64,000 bases of DNA from Candidatus Moraniibacteriota bacterium (GCA_038208115.1 JBBQZC010000004.1:10530-74529), one strand, 5' to 3'; positions 52,920 through 62,608 are shown, counted from the first letter of the stretch. The notes: generated by a model not told the origin, from the letters alone. A program made the numbers and translations.

Positions 52920-53813
52920 TTAATCATTAGCAAATCTTTTTTTCAACCATCTCAAAACCAGATTGGATAGCTCATATTCTTTATTAACATACATATGATT
53001 CGCCCCATCTAAAATTGATAGATCAAAGTCAGTGCAACTAGTCGCTTTTTGTTTGATAAGATTCAGATCATCTTTTAATGATCGAATAATAATATCATCA
53101 TGCTCTCCCATAAATGCAAAAATTGGAATATGGATTTGTGACAATTCCTCAAAAACATCAGGATTTCTCAATAATGGCAGATTATCAGCAAAGCTGCCAT
53201 CTACACATAAATCAAGAAATGTCTGCGAACTGATAAAATACCATTCCCAAAGCATTGAATGTAAAATCTTTCTGCAATCTCCATTTTCCACATTTTTTCG
53301 AGCCTCTATCAACATTTCATCATAATTTGGTTGGTATTTTTGTAATTTAGAAAGTCCCACCATATCAGGAGGTGACGCTAATATTATGCCAGATACATTG
53401 TTTTGATTATGTACTAAATAATGAATTATTTTATTACAACCCAAACTGTGTCCCATGAGTATGATCTCTTCATACCCAATATTTTTTGCTTGATTAATCC
53501 ATAAATCAATATCATAAGAGCATTCCTGAAATCGTTCGTAAATTTGACCAATTCTCACTGTCTTGTCACCTTCCATATCCAACGTTCTGATGTCATTTAT
53601 ATGTCCAAACCCCCTATTATGTCCAAAGATAAAACCATAGCCACTCTCAGATAATTGGTCCCCAAGAATTTCTGCAAAATAATTTTCGATAATATTTTCA
53701 GACATGCCATGTATCAATATCACACATGTTTTTTTCAATGCAGATTCCCAATGAAATCCCTGCAAATTAAGATTGTCTTTCGTGTAACCATGTAAAATTT
53801 TAACATGTGTCAT
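52920..53813 (-). CDS. alpha/beta hydrolase (DUF1749-like)
   Basis: IHGM, GHSLG nucleophile elbow, GEHD, GANH. Confidence 0.85.
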   Translation of the reverse strand: MTHVKILHGYTKDNLNLQGFHWESALKKTCVILIHGMSENIIENYFAEILGDQLSESGYGFIFGHNRGFGHINDIRTLDMEGDKTVRIGQIYERFQECSYDIDLWINQAKNIGYEEIILMGHSLGCNKIIHYLVHNQNNVSGIILASPPDMVGLSKLQKYQPNYDEMLIEARKNVENGDCRKILHSMLWEWYFISSQTFLDLCVDGSFADNLPLLRNPDVFEELSQIHIPIFAFMGEHDDIIIRSLKDDLNLIKQKATSCTDFDLSILDGANHMYVNKEYELSNLVLRWLKKRFAND

Positions 53814-53946
53814 AGGAATACTAATTATATTTATATGAGCAAATCATATCACAAAAAGTTATCCATCTCTACCTTCCTATGCAAAAATTGACTATTCAGA
53901 ACAGTCCTAGCTACATACTTTTGAACATAAAAAATGTCACAATATA

Positions 53947-54016
53947 AACAAAAAACACACATTAAATGTGTTTTTTTGCATTCGCGGAGAGGGTGGGACG
54001 ATGTTGGAACGTTTTT
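53947..54016. repeat. cassette boundary site S2 / att-like duplication of the tRNA-Ser 3' end
   Basis: ttcgcggagagggtggga (53981-53998) matches the tRNA end (56926-56943) at 17/18, continues into cgatgttggaacgttttt, and is preceded by a hairpin. Confidence 0.85.
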
Positions 54017-54047
54017 AGAAGAGAATAAAGAATTCTATTACATTACA

Positions 54048-55343
54048 TTATAAAGTTTCATTACATTTTTCTGAAAAAACACATCCGTTTTTAGTACATC
54101 TCAAATTTTCCATTCCACTACATTCAGGATAATTTTTACAGTCCAAAGTATAACTCCATTCACCATCATTATAATCAACAATCCATTTTGCATCACTTTG
54201 AACTTTTCCGCAAGAATCTCCGCCTATAAAAGGCCAACTCATCGGACTATATCCCGGACAAATAAACCCCAATCCATTTTCTGTTCCCTTTATGATACCT
54301 CCATTCCCGTCACACTCTTTAGTATACTGTAATGCATTTTTAACTGATTTTTTTATTGTGGATACCTGAGAAAATCTTTGTGACCTAACATGAGTCGTAT
54401 CGCCATTGGTAACTTCTTCTTGAAGTATCTCTTGATATCTTTCATATTCGCTTATTTCCCTATTTTGCAATTCAGAATTTTGCACATCACTGTGACTAAT
54501 TTTTTCAGCATCCCTTCTTTTTAGTTCATCTTCACAATCACTCCTTTTTTTGCCCCATGGCATTTTATGACACCTGCTCTGATTAACCTCCTCATAACAC
54601 TCTACTCTTATGTTCTCATTTTTTACTAGGTCGTCACAAATACTCTTATTCACCTTTTCTTCCGCAAAATCAACATAACAATATTCTCTATCAGTTTCAT
54701 TGAGAATACCATCACATTGAGTCGCATTAACGTAATTTTCCTCTTCATAATCAAAAATAACACTCTCATAGCACATTTTTTTATCATACTGTGATTTTAT
54801 TTTTGCACATATATTTTCATCTCTATATCTGTAAGCTTTATTATCGTAACAAGCATCCTTCTCATCATTAGCAAAATAATCGCAGTTATCCAATCTAATA
54901 GCTATAGATCCCATAATAATGAAATTCAATATGAATAAAATGAAAAAGGTACCAGCAATAATTTTATACCTGCTAATATTGTATTTAGATTTAACAGCTC
55001 TTCCTATATAAGAACCAGCGATAACACTACCAATAATGCCAGGAAATACTAAAATTAAAAAGAAAGGTATTAGCATTACTACTAAAGATGCGGCAAGACC
55101 AATAGAGATAATAATACTACGTATATATTTTTCAGTTGCCAGTGCAGACAAAAAGCCAAGTTGTAAAAAGATTACATAGAAATATGACTGGTATCTATTA
55201 ATACCCATTACGCCATAAAAATGATTAAATATAGCAATACTTGCTCCATAAGAAAAAAGGATCAGAAGTATTAAATAAATATCTAGATTTCTTATTAAAT
55301 GGCGTCCTGCCGCATTATTAAAATACTGCATATTACTTTTCAT
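54048..55343 (-). CDS. multi-TM protein with Cys-rich repeats and a C-terminal pilin-head-like domain
   Basis: N-terminal TMs, repeated C-x(8-9)-CY units, C-terminus aligns by eye with the 18336 pilin head. Confidence 0.7.
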   Translation of the reverse strand: MKSNMQYFNNAAGRHLIRNLDIYLILLILFSYGASIAIFNHFYGVMGINRYQSYFYVIFLQLGFLSALATEKYIRSIIISIGLAASLVVMLIPFFLILVFPGIIGSVIAGSYIGRAVKSKYNISRYKIIAGTFFILFILNFIIMGSIAIRLDNCDYFANDEKDACYDNKAYRYRDENICAKIKSQYDKKMCYESVIFDYEEENYVNATQCDGILNETDREYCYVDFAEEKVNKSICDDLVKNENIRVECYEEVNQSRCHKMPWGKKRSDCEDELKRRDAEKISHSDVQNSELQNREISEYERYQEILQEEVTNGDTTHVRSQRFSQVSTIKKSVKNALQYTKECDGNGGIIKGTENGLGFICPGYSPMSWPFIGGDSCGKVQSDAKWIVDYNDGEWSYTLDCKNYPECSGMENLRCTKNGCVFSEKCNETL

Positions 55344-55382
55344 TTTTATATAACTATAAATAAATTATATCATAAATTTTTA

Positions 55383-55451
55383 CACAAAAAATCATATATG
55401 GGTTGTGTGATCTTGTTGGCGGTGTTTCTTGGACGAAGTTGGAACTTTTTT
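55383..55451. repeat. cassette boundary site S3
   Basis: hairpin, then ttggcgg..ggacgaagttggaactttttt; 26/36 ungapped vs S2; minus strand reads ...CCGCCA like a tRNA-Ser 3' end. Confidence 0.75.
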
Positions 55452-55468
55452 GATGAATTTTGATATTA

Positions 55469-56514
55469 TTACTTAGCTACTAATTTTTCATGTACCAACT
55501 GAATTTGTTCTACCATATCAGCCACCACAGCATCTTCCATATTATTTACCAGTGGCACTAATGACATAAATAGTACATCGCCTTCCACTACAAGATCAAT
55601 ACCTAATTGTAATGCGATTTCTTTGCATTTCAATTGAAAATTGCTGGAAATTTTCCAACTGTCTCCATCAATTTCTTGAACTAAAAGCCAAAATGGTGTG
55701 TTTGCATTTTTGCCCATAGATCCATTTTCATACAAACTGCAAATCCTATATTTTCTATGCCAAAATATCTATGATAACCACCATATCTCTGAGCTGTTCT
55801 ATTCAGCATATGCATATCACCCCCTAATTGATTATTCAATTCATCCACCACATTATCCACAATATCATAATAAGAGTGAATTTGTTTTGGGATATCTTGT
55901 GATAAATCTTTATCCATAATTGGTTTAAATGAATTATTATCTATTATATCGCAGAAGCCTATTATTTGATTAACGTCAGAAATCAAAAATGGATCGTTCT
56001 CATATGTCATTTTTGATTTGATTTGATTGAGAACTTTATTCCAACTTTTAAACAAAATGTATTGATTAGTCGATACAATTCTTATTTTTCTTTTTTTTGC
56101 ATCAACTTCAATACCTGAATATTCTTTTTGTATTTTTTGTAAAACTTCATCAAAAACAGCTCTTATTCTTAAGGTTGGCACTAAAAAAATCAGAACTGTA
56201 TCATTATCCAATCTCTCCAAATATCCACTTGGTTGATTGTGTGTCAAAGATGCCCAAAACTTAGCTTCAATTAAAACTACTTCTTTACCATCCTCATCTA
56301 CCCCACTTATATCAGGTCGTTCTAAATTATCACCAGAACTTTGATTCTTATATAGCAATTTAGGAAAAGTAAGATCCGTATTTGAACTAATAATTTCATT
56401 AATCACATTTCCAGATTCAATTGAATTATTTAAAATATAAGCCAAACCCTCAGATGCGATATCCTCTTGAGAACCTTTGATTTTATTATAAAATAATCCT
56501 AATAATGATTGCAT
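55469..56514 (-). pseudogene. PD-(D/E)XK nuclease-like gene split by a frameshift in an A5 tract
   Basis: RPDISG...LIEAKFWA..NQP; overlapping ORFs 55681-56514 and 55469-55735 join as LWAKNANTPFW if one A is added at 55707-55711. Confidence 0.65.
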
Positions 56515-56520
56515 GTCTAT

Positions 56521-56832
56521 CTACTTTTTATCTGGTAAAATATTGTGTAATTTCTTGTATGCATATGTATTTTCTTCAGTACACCGATTAATAATATCAC
56601 CCATATGCCAATATGTTAATCCATCATATTTGAAATATTTTTGTTTTGTATCATAAAAAAAATCATCATATCCGTAAACATCAATATGATTTGCAAGGTC
56701 TAAAAATAATTCATTATCAACATTCTCCTGGACAATGTATTCATGAGGCCATGTATCTGCATAGGTTTTGGCAAATATCCATTCCTGATCTTCAATGAAT
56801 TCCTTTATTTTTTTTGATAATTCTTTTTTCAT
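56521..56832 (-). CDS. small hypothetical protein
   Basis: WIFAKTYADTWPHEYIV...YWHMG..INR; ends 6 nt before the next gene starts. Confidence 0.65.
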   Translation of the reverse strand: MKKELSKKIKEFIEDQEWIFAKTYADTWPHEYIVQENVDNELFLDLANHIDVYGYDDFFYDTKQKYFKYDGLTYWHMGDIINRCTEENTYAYKKLHNILPDKK

Positions 56833-56895
56833 TTCATCGTATATTAATATAATCATCATACCACAAAAAGTTCTAGCGTCCCTACCTCCCTATTC

Positions 56896-56919
56896 AAAAA
56901 AGCCCATTAAAATGGGCTT
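56896..56919 (-). terminator. tRNA-Ser terminator
   Basis: aagcccatt-aa-aatgggctt followed by a U-run on the minus strand. Confidence 0.8.
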
Positions 56920-56929
56920 AATTTCTTCG

Positions 56930-57018
56930 CGGAGAGGGAGGGATTCGAACCCTCGGACCGGTTTGACCCAGTCAACTGATTTCGAGTCAGTCCCATTCGA
57001 CCTCTCTGGCACCTCTCC
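56930..57018 (-). tRNA. trnS: tRNA-Ser (anticodon CGA), CCA not encoded
   Basis: GGAGAGG/CCTCTCC acceptor stem, actga-CTCGAAA-tcagt anticodon arm, long variable arm, GGTTCGAATCC T-loop, G discriminator. Confidence 0.96.
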
Positions 57019-57033
57019 ATTTATTCAATATTT

Positions 57034-57198
57034 TTAACTTGTTCGTGTAATCTTTTTAATCAATTTTTGAAATGCCGAATACTCTTTTGTATATACGGTT
57101 TTTTCTTCTTTTTGATCTGAATCATCGACTATATCGCTATAATCATCTTGTGTTATCTCCTCAGAATCACTTTTTTGACCCTTATCATGTGTATTCAT
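57034..57198 (-). CDS. 54-aa acidic hypothetical protein (not in the ORF track)
   Basis: MNTHDKGQKSDSEEITQDDYSDIVDDSDQKEEKTVYTKEYSAFQKLIKKITRTS fills the gap before the tRNA. Confidence 0.45.
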   Translation of the reverse strand: MNTHDKGQKSDSEEITQDDYSDIVDDSDQKEEKTVYTKEYSAFQKLIKKITRTS

Positions 57199-57242
57199 AA
57201 TATCGACAATGGTATCACAATAATCTGAAATTGTCTTGCTTG

Positions 57243-58034
57243 CTACCCAAAAGTCATAAAATTTGCACTTTCATATCGTTTCACAGATTTGTGGAAAAAA
57301 TAGAGAGCAAACACAAGCCATGCAGAAGTGATTGCACATAAGGTAATCGCATTTTGCAAAGATGCGGATTTGAGAATTTCTGCAGGCAATGCTCCGATGA
57401 CAAGTGATGGGATAAGAAATGTATACACAAACCGCATAACGCCGTGAAAAATGCCTCCGTGAAAAAGCGTCGGACTCATAAAAAGATCGAAGAATCCATA
57501 TGTCACAGAAAACGCATCGGTAAAATAAAAACTCATCGAATAAATTATGACGCTCGCAGCAAAAAACATCACAATCGCATTGCCTGCGAGCAATATCACC
57601 ATGAGTAGCTGAACCAATGAAATTCCAGCCATGGCAAAATATACGCCAAAACAAATAATACCAAACAACACATCCCCAACTGCCGATGCGTGGAACACCG
57701 ACGTTGCCACTCGCACAAGTACATTTTTAGGAGAAAGTAAGAAACGATCAAAAGAACCCTCTGCAACATATTGAGGTAATCGTCGCACACCCGAAAAAAA
57801 GGAAAACATAATTCCATAAGAAAATGCGACAAATCCATTCATCCCCACGATATCAACGACTCGCCAACCATTAATCTCACCAACTGATTGCACAAAAATT
57901 ATCCACGTTGCAATGAACGCACCATTATTGATGGCCATGCCGATTACCGTCAGAGTAAAGCTCGTACGAAGCTCAATACCATTTTGAATATTTTTTTTAA
58001 TTGCATAGAATGCAAATTTCAATTCTTTGAACAT
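57243..58034 (-). CDS. ABC-2 family permease (DUF990-like)
   Basis: INGW, GSFDRFLLSPK, TMs, RYESA. Confidence 0.85.
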   Translation of the reverse strand: MFKELKFAFYAIKKNIQNGIELRTSFTLTVIGMAINNGAFIATWIIFVQSVGEINGWRVVDIVGMNGFVAFSYGIMFSFFSGVRRLPQYVAEGSFDRFLLSPKNVLVRVATSVFHASAVGDVLFGIICFGVYFAMAGISLVQLLMVILLAGNAIVMFFAASVIIYSMSFYFTDAFSVTYGFFDLFMSPTLFHGGIFHGVMRFVYTFLIPSLVIGALPAEILKSASLQNAITLCAITSAWLVFALYFFHKSVKRYESANFMTFG

Positions 58035-58040
58035 ATATTA

Positions 58041-58844
58041 TTAACCACCATTTATAGATATTCTTCTTTGTGCAAATCGATTTACAACATAAAGCGTAAC
58101 CCCACCTATACCAATCCATACAAATTGGATGCCTACATGCATAAGCCACTCTGATTGCCACCATGAATCATTCACTGTATGTGTAATAAATTGTGACGCA
58201 CCAAAAGGGCTCCACAAAGACATTTTATACAAAAAAGGTGGAAATAAAGCGACAGGCAGGTATGCGCCACCCAAGATCATGACTGTCTTATCCACGAGCC
58301 AAAACAGTGGATTAATATCCTCTATCCAAAAAGCGATGAAACCCACTAGCCCATATAAAATAAGCGACAATATAACTGAACCCACAAAAACAAGTAAAAA
58401 AGAAGGGATAAAAATACCGACCATCATCGAATCAGGAATTCCTACCAAAAAAAATAAAAGTATACTACCAAATAGTGATACTACGATGAAGGAACTGAAG
58501 CCATTTCCCATTTGCCAAATCATACGGTAAAAAATGTATGATACCGGTTTTGTAAGAATTGTTTCAACTGTACCTGACTGTACATCCTGCATAATCATTC
58601 GCGCAATCTCTCTCAGACGGAGAGTGGAGAAAGCAAAATAAAAGAAAATACTCCATGCCACAGCAGAATAAGTCGTCCCATGGATTATCCCATTTTTCAA
58701 TTCAAATACATATGCATATAGAATGAGCAAAACGCCACATCGCACGAACATGAGCACTAAATCCATGACTAGCCGTCCCGAATAATGCCAGTGATCCTTG
58801 ATAAGCGTTCCAATGATCTTACGTGCAAATCTGATCTCTTTCAT
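58041..58844 (-). CDS. ABC-2 family permease (DUF990-like)
   Basis: DVQSGTVETILTKPVSY, LGGAYLPVALFP, INGG end. Confidence 0.85.
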   Translation of the reverse strand: MKEIRFARKIIGTLIKDHWHYSGRLVMDLVLMFVRCGVLLILYAYVFELKNGIIHGTTYSAVAWSIFFYFAFSTLRLREIARMIMQDVQSGTVETILTKPVSYIFYRMIWQMGNGFSSFIVVSLFGSILLFFLVGIPDSMMVGIFIPSFLLVFVGSVILSLILYGLVGFIAFWIEDINPLFWLVDKTVMILGGAYLPVALFPPFLYKMSLWSPFGASQFITHTVNDSWWQSEWLMHVGIQFVWIGIGGVTLYVVNRFAQRRISINGG

Positions 58845-59814
58845 ATAAATGTCTTATTACAGTTTCAAGGTCTGCATCATACACGTCTATATCCCGCACA
58901 TCAAAATCCGCAAGGATCTTTGTAAGTGCGTGCGTAACACTTATTTTATGAATATCAACAGTAACCGATATTTTTTCAGGACTTTTCGTCAAATAACACA
59001 CCCCTTCTGGAAGTGCTGGAAAAATATCAAATTTTTTTTGAGGTATAAGATCAATATATTTTTCAAAAACAAACGTATGTGCAAGCTTTCGCGTCGACAT
59101 ATCCTTGATCACTCGTCCATTATTGATGACGATTGTGCGATCACATAAAAGCTCGATATCCCCCACATCATGAGAAGTAAGAAAAATTGTTGTTCCTTGT
59201 TCCGCATTAATTTTCAGCAAAAGTTCACGCAACATTTTTTTTGCCACAACATCCAATCCAATTGTTGGCTCATCCAAAAGAATAATCTGTGGCCGATGCA
59301 TTAGAGATGCAGCTACTTCTGCACGCATACGCTGTCCGAGAGATAATTTACGCACAGGCTGATCGATGAATTCTCTGAGACCAAACAACTCAACCAGTTC
59401 CGCAATGCGATCCGCAATATATGCATCACTCAGATCGTACATCACCCCAAAAAATTCCAATGAATCAGTCAAAGGGAGATTCGGCAATAATTGCGATCTC
59501 TGTCCAAATACTGTTCCAATATGGTATGCAAGCTTTTTTCTTTCTTTCGTAGGATCAAAACCTAATATATTGATCGAACCCGACGTCGGAAATAAGATTC
59601 CCGTCATCATTTTGATCGTTGTAGATTTTCCTGCACCATTTGGACCGATGAAGGCAACACGCTCTCCACGACCAATCGTAAATGAAATCCTATCCACAGC
59701 ATTCACTGTACGTTTTTTTGGTGACAAAATATTTCTTACCCATCCGAGGGATTTATCCTTGATTGGAAAAGTAAAATTTTTTGATAAGTTTTTTACAACA
59801 ACATCTTGTGGCAT
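58819..59814 (-). CDS. ABC transporter ATP-binding protein
   Basis: GPNGAGKST, LSLGQRMR, LLDEPTIGLD, TSH. Confidence 0.95.
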   Translation of the reverse strand: MPQDVVVKNLSKNFTFPIKDKSLGWVRNILSPKKRTVNAVDRISFTIGRGERVAFIGPNGAGKSTTIKMMTGILFPTSGSINILGFDPTKERKKLAYHIGTVFGQRSQLLPNLPLTDSLEFFGVMYDLSDAYIADRIAELVELFGLREFIDQPVRKLSLGQRMRAEVAASLMHRPQIILLDEPTIGLDVVAKKMLRELLLKINAEQGTTIFLTSHDVGDIELLCDRTIVINNGRVIKDMSTRKLAHTFVFEKYIDLIPQKKFDIFPALPEGVCYLTKSPEKISVTVDIHKISVTHALTKILADFDVRDIDVYDADLETVIRHLYERDQICT

Positions 59815-59887
59815 AATTTCAGATCAATGTACTATCTATTCTTTGTAAGTCAACCATAACACACGCGTAACAAAAATTCAAATTGTT

Positions 59888-61165
59888 CTATAGCTCTTTT
59901 TTATTCACTCTAATCCTAATATTTTTTGGAGTTGTGGCCAATAGGAAACCTGCAAGCACTATGCCTATCAATCCTAAAATGCTAAATGCTGCAGAGATAT
60001 TAAGCACTTCTGCAAGAACACCTGCTAAAATAGGTCCCACGACATATCCTGAATTAAAAGAAAAATCTTCTATACCTTCTATTTCACTATCAACTTGTGG
60101 TGCTTCTGAAATATAATCTGCATACGCTGCATTGATCGCTGGCAAGGCAACACTAATGAAACACGACGATACAAATACTGTCACAATCGCAATAACTGGA
60201 TCTGACACATGCACAAATGTGACTAATATCGTTGAACCAATTAACATACCAAGAAGTGCTATTCGTTTCTTTCCAAAACGACGCGTCAGATTTCCGACAA
60301 GCCACCCTACAAAAAGAGCGGGAAGAATATATGCAGTCAGAAACAAACCACTAAATTTACCAAAATCCATTGACTCCACATAAAGAGGCGCCAAGGTCCA
60401 AAAAAAAGCATCTACTAGGGCAAGAAAAAATGTTACGCATAAAACCGGCGTCATTGCTTTACTCAATTTTTTCCACAAACGAACCTCTACTAGTAAATTT
60501 TTCCGACGTTGCACATGTTGATGTCCACTATTCACCACATGATATTTACGCATCAAAAATAAAAGTATGACAAAGAATGCAAAACCGATCCCCAGAAATA
60601 ACCAGCTCATCGCAAATATGCGCCAATCAATTGCTACAGCAATAACCAGACCTGCAAGCAAAGGTGCCAACACACCGCCCATCGATCTAAAAATCTGGAC
60701 TATACCAAAACTCGTTGCATGATCTTCTTTTTTTGTATAACGTCCGACAAAGTTAAAAATACCGAAACCATTGAGATCATAATAAATACCCCACACTGAC
60801 ATCGCAAAGAGAAAAAGCCAGACAGAATTTGCATGTGATAAAATCAATGGATAAAAAAGACATAGAGCAAACATGACAAGAAATATTCTTCTAAAGTCCG
60901 AGCTCTTAAAAATTTTACAAATCAAAAAATCAAAAAATGCTCCACTTATTGACGACGTGCCGATAATCAACCCGATGATACCAACAGAGAAGCCATGCTC
61001 TTCCATAAGCAATGGCGTAACATACGTTAAGATATTATCAAAGAGCGTCCAAAAAAATACAACAAGTGCAAACAAAAAAATTGAAGGCAAATACTCTTTT
61101 TGTTTTCCAAATTTTTCCGTTATATTTATTAGCATAAACAATCTATCTGTAAAAATTAACCACAT
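59888..61165 (-). CDS. MFS transporter
   Basis: about 12 TMs, GNLTRRFGKK motif A-like, GPILAG. Confidence 0.85.
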   Translation of the reverse strand: MWLIFTDRLFMLINITEKFGKQKEYLPSIFLFALVVFFWTLFDNILTYVTPLLMEEHGFSVGIIGLIIGTSSISGAFFDFLICKIFKSSDFRRIFLVMFALCLFYPLILSHANSVWLFLFAMSVWGIYYDLNGFGIFNFVGRYTKKEDHATSFGIVQIFRSMGGVLAPLLAGLVIAVAIDWRIFAMSWLFLGIGFAFFVILLFLMRKYHVVNSGHQHVQRRKNLLVEVRLWKKLSKAMTPVLCVTFFLALVDAFFWTLAPLYVESMDFGKFSGLFLTAYILPALFVGWLVGNLTRRFGKKRIALLGMLIGSTILVTFVHVSDPVIAIVTVFVSSCFISVALPAINAAYADYISEAPQVDSEIEGIEDFSFNSGYVVGPILAGVLAEVLNISAAFSILGLIGIVLAGFLLATTPKNIRIRVNKKEL

Positions 61166-61211
61166 ACACTTTTATTAAAGCATATTTTTTATCATCGTAA
61201 AACAAAAATCG

Positions 61212-61718
61212 TTATCGATAAATTGCAATGAGCTGTCTAATAATGAGCTCATCTGGCGCAATATATTCTCCAGTAAAATCAAACCACACACGCATAAAAA
61301 CTTCTTTTTCCATTTTTCTCATTTTGCCTATTTCTGGATCTTGAAGATAAATGTATTTATCATCTAATCCCGTCACCACAGAATAATGTCCATCTGCCGA
61401 TGCAATTTCCTCGTCGTAATCATCTCTTCCTCGCGTAAACCAGTCCACAATAACTGGCACGTTCTGAGTAATCCATTTTTCAATATCAGAAAAATCACAA
61501 TAATCCCTGACTTCAACTTTGAACCCTAATTTTTCAGCTGCCAATTTTATTTGTTCATCAGATGTGCCGAGACTTCTGTCAGTTTCAGTTAATATCGCGA
61601 GATCCTCCTCAGATTTGTGTACATTATAATAATCCAAAACAATCTTCAAAGATGCTGGTCCACACATACTTGCATTTAATGTTTCTTGAAATGGTTTAAC
61701 ATCCAATTGTATATTCAT
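61212..61718 (-). CDS. stand-alone C39-like cysteine peptidase
   Basis: Q...MCGPASL, GHYSVV, YLQDP. Confidence 0.85.
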   Translation of the reverse strand: MNIQLDVKPFQETLNASMCGPASLKIVLDYYNVHKSEEDLAILTETDRSLGTSDEQIKLAAEKLGFKVEVRDYCDFSDIEKWITQNVPVIVDWFTRGRDDYDEEIASADGHYSVVTGLDDKYIYLQDPEIGKMRKMEKEVFMRVWFDFTGEYIAPDELIIRQLIAIYR

Positions 61719-61736
61719 GTGTCCATTAATAAAAAT

Positions 61737-61961
61737 TTACTTTTTTTTCAAATTCAAAATACGATTACATATAACTAATCTCACACCAATCAACTCCAAT
61801 CCAAAAATGATAAGCCATGAACCTGGTGTGAGTGGAGTCACAAGAGCTACAAACCCGATAATAATCAAAATGATACCAGATACCATCTTGATATATGGAT
61901 GATCATGTAGATAATCTTTGTATGTTATAAAAACACCTGTAATTCTTTCGCATTTTTTCAT
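61737..61961 (-). CDS. small membrane protein (PGPGW-like)
   Basis: GIILIIIGFVALVTPLTPGSWLIIFGL. Confidence 0.6.
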   Translation of the reverse strand: MKKCERITGVFITYKDYLHDHPYIKMVSGIILIIIGFVALVTPLTPGSWLIIFGLELIGVRLVICNRILNLKKK

Positions 61962-61994
61962 ACCATATTATAACATCTCAATAACCGATTTCAC

Positions 61995-62029
61995 AAAAAA
62001 CGCATCCACCGTTATAGCAGGATGCGTTT
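61995..62029 (-). terminator. rho-independent terminator
   Basis: aaacgcatcc...ggatgcgttt with a U-run. Confidence 0.7.
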
Positions 62030-62055
62030 CTTGCTTGGTTTGAAAGAACTATCTT

Positions 62056-62349
62056 TTATGAAAGATCCTTCTTTTTTTCTTCAAACTCAGCTTTGTCAAT
62101 CTCTCCCTTTGCATATCGCTCTTTTAAAATATTCAAAGCAGAGTTGTTTATGCCCACTTTATTATGGCCACAATAGCCTGATGAATGTTGCATAACTGCA
62201 TATACGATTGCGCCAATAATCAATAACCAAAATATAAACATAAAAAATTCGCCCATAAATCCATACCCAAAACCATAAAACATATGATTTCCCCACATGC
62301 CACTACTATATGCATATGCGGAACTGATAAAGGGATGTAGCAGACTCAT
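62056..62349 (-). CDS. SHOCT domain membrane protein
   Basis: Gly/Met-rich N-terminus, TM, SALNILKERYAKGEIDKAEFEEKK; start moved to 62349. Confidence 0.85.
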   Translation of the reverse strand: MSLLHPFISSAYAYSSGMWGNHMFYGFGYGFMGEFFMFIFWLLIIGAIVYAVMQHSSGYCGHNKVGINNSALNILKERYAKGEIDKAEFEEKKKDLS

Positions 62350-62608
62350 AGTTACGATATTAGTAAATAAAAAGAGAAAATTAAAGCATCTCTGACTATT
62401 AGTACGCATTAAAATTACGGTTACTTTCACTGCATAAAGCACTTTTACACTTATCAATTCTTCAATCATGCTATCAGAATTCTTGAATATTATTGGTGTG
62501 TGTCCTATAAAACAGCTCCTATTCTCCAAGTACTTACGCATATCATCGATGCATTTCAATCCCTTCGATTCAACACAAGATCTCTGAAATCCTGTATCGT
62601 ACAAAAAC

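Noticed and set aside
52920-56860. Prophage or complete ICE at tRNA-Ser
   Set aside because: No integrase, phage structural or conjugation genes, and the region is only ~4 kb.
56795-57037. 80-aa plus-strand ORF containing RRGRDSNPR
   Set aside because: It is the antisense reading of tRNA-Ser and has no recombinase domain.
62533-62560. Third ECF promoter copy (TGAAAT..ATATGCGTAA)
   Set aside because: The spacer is 14 nt rather than 17 and the -35 element differs.
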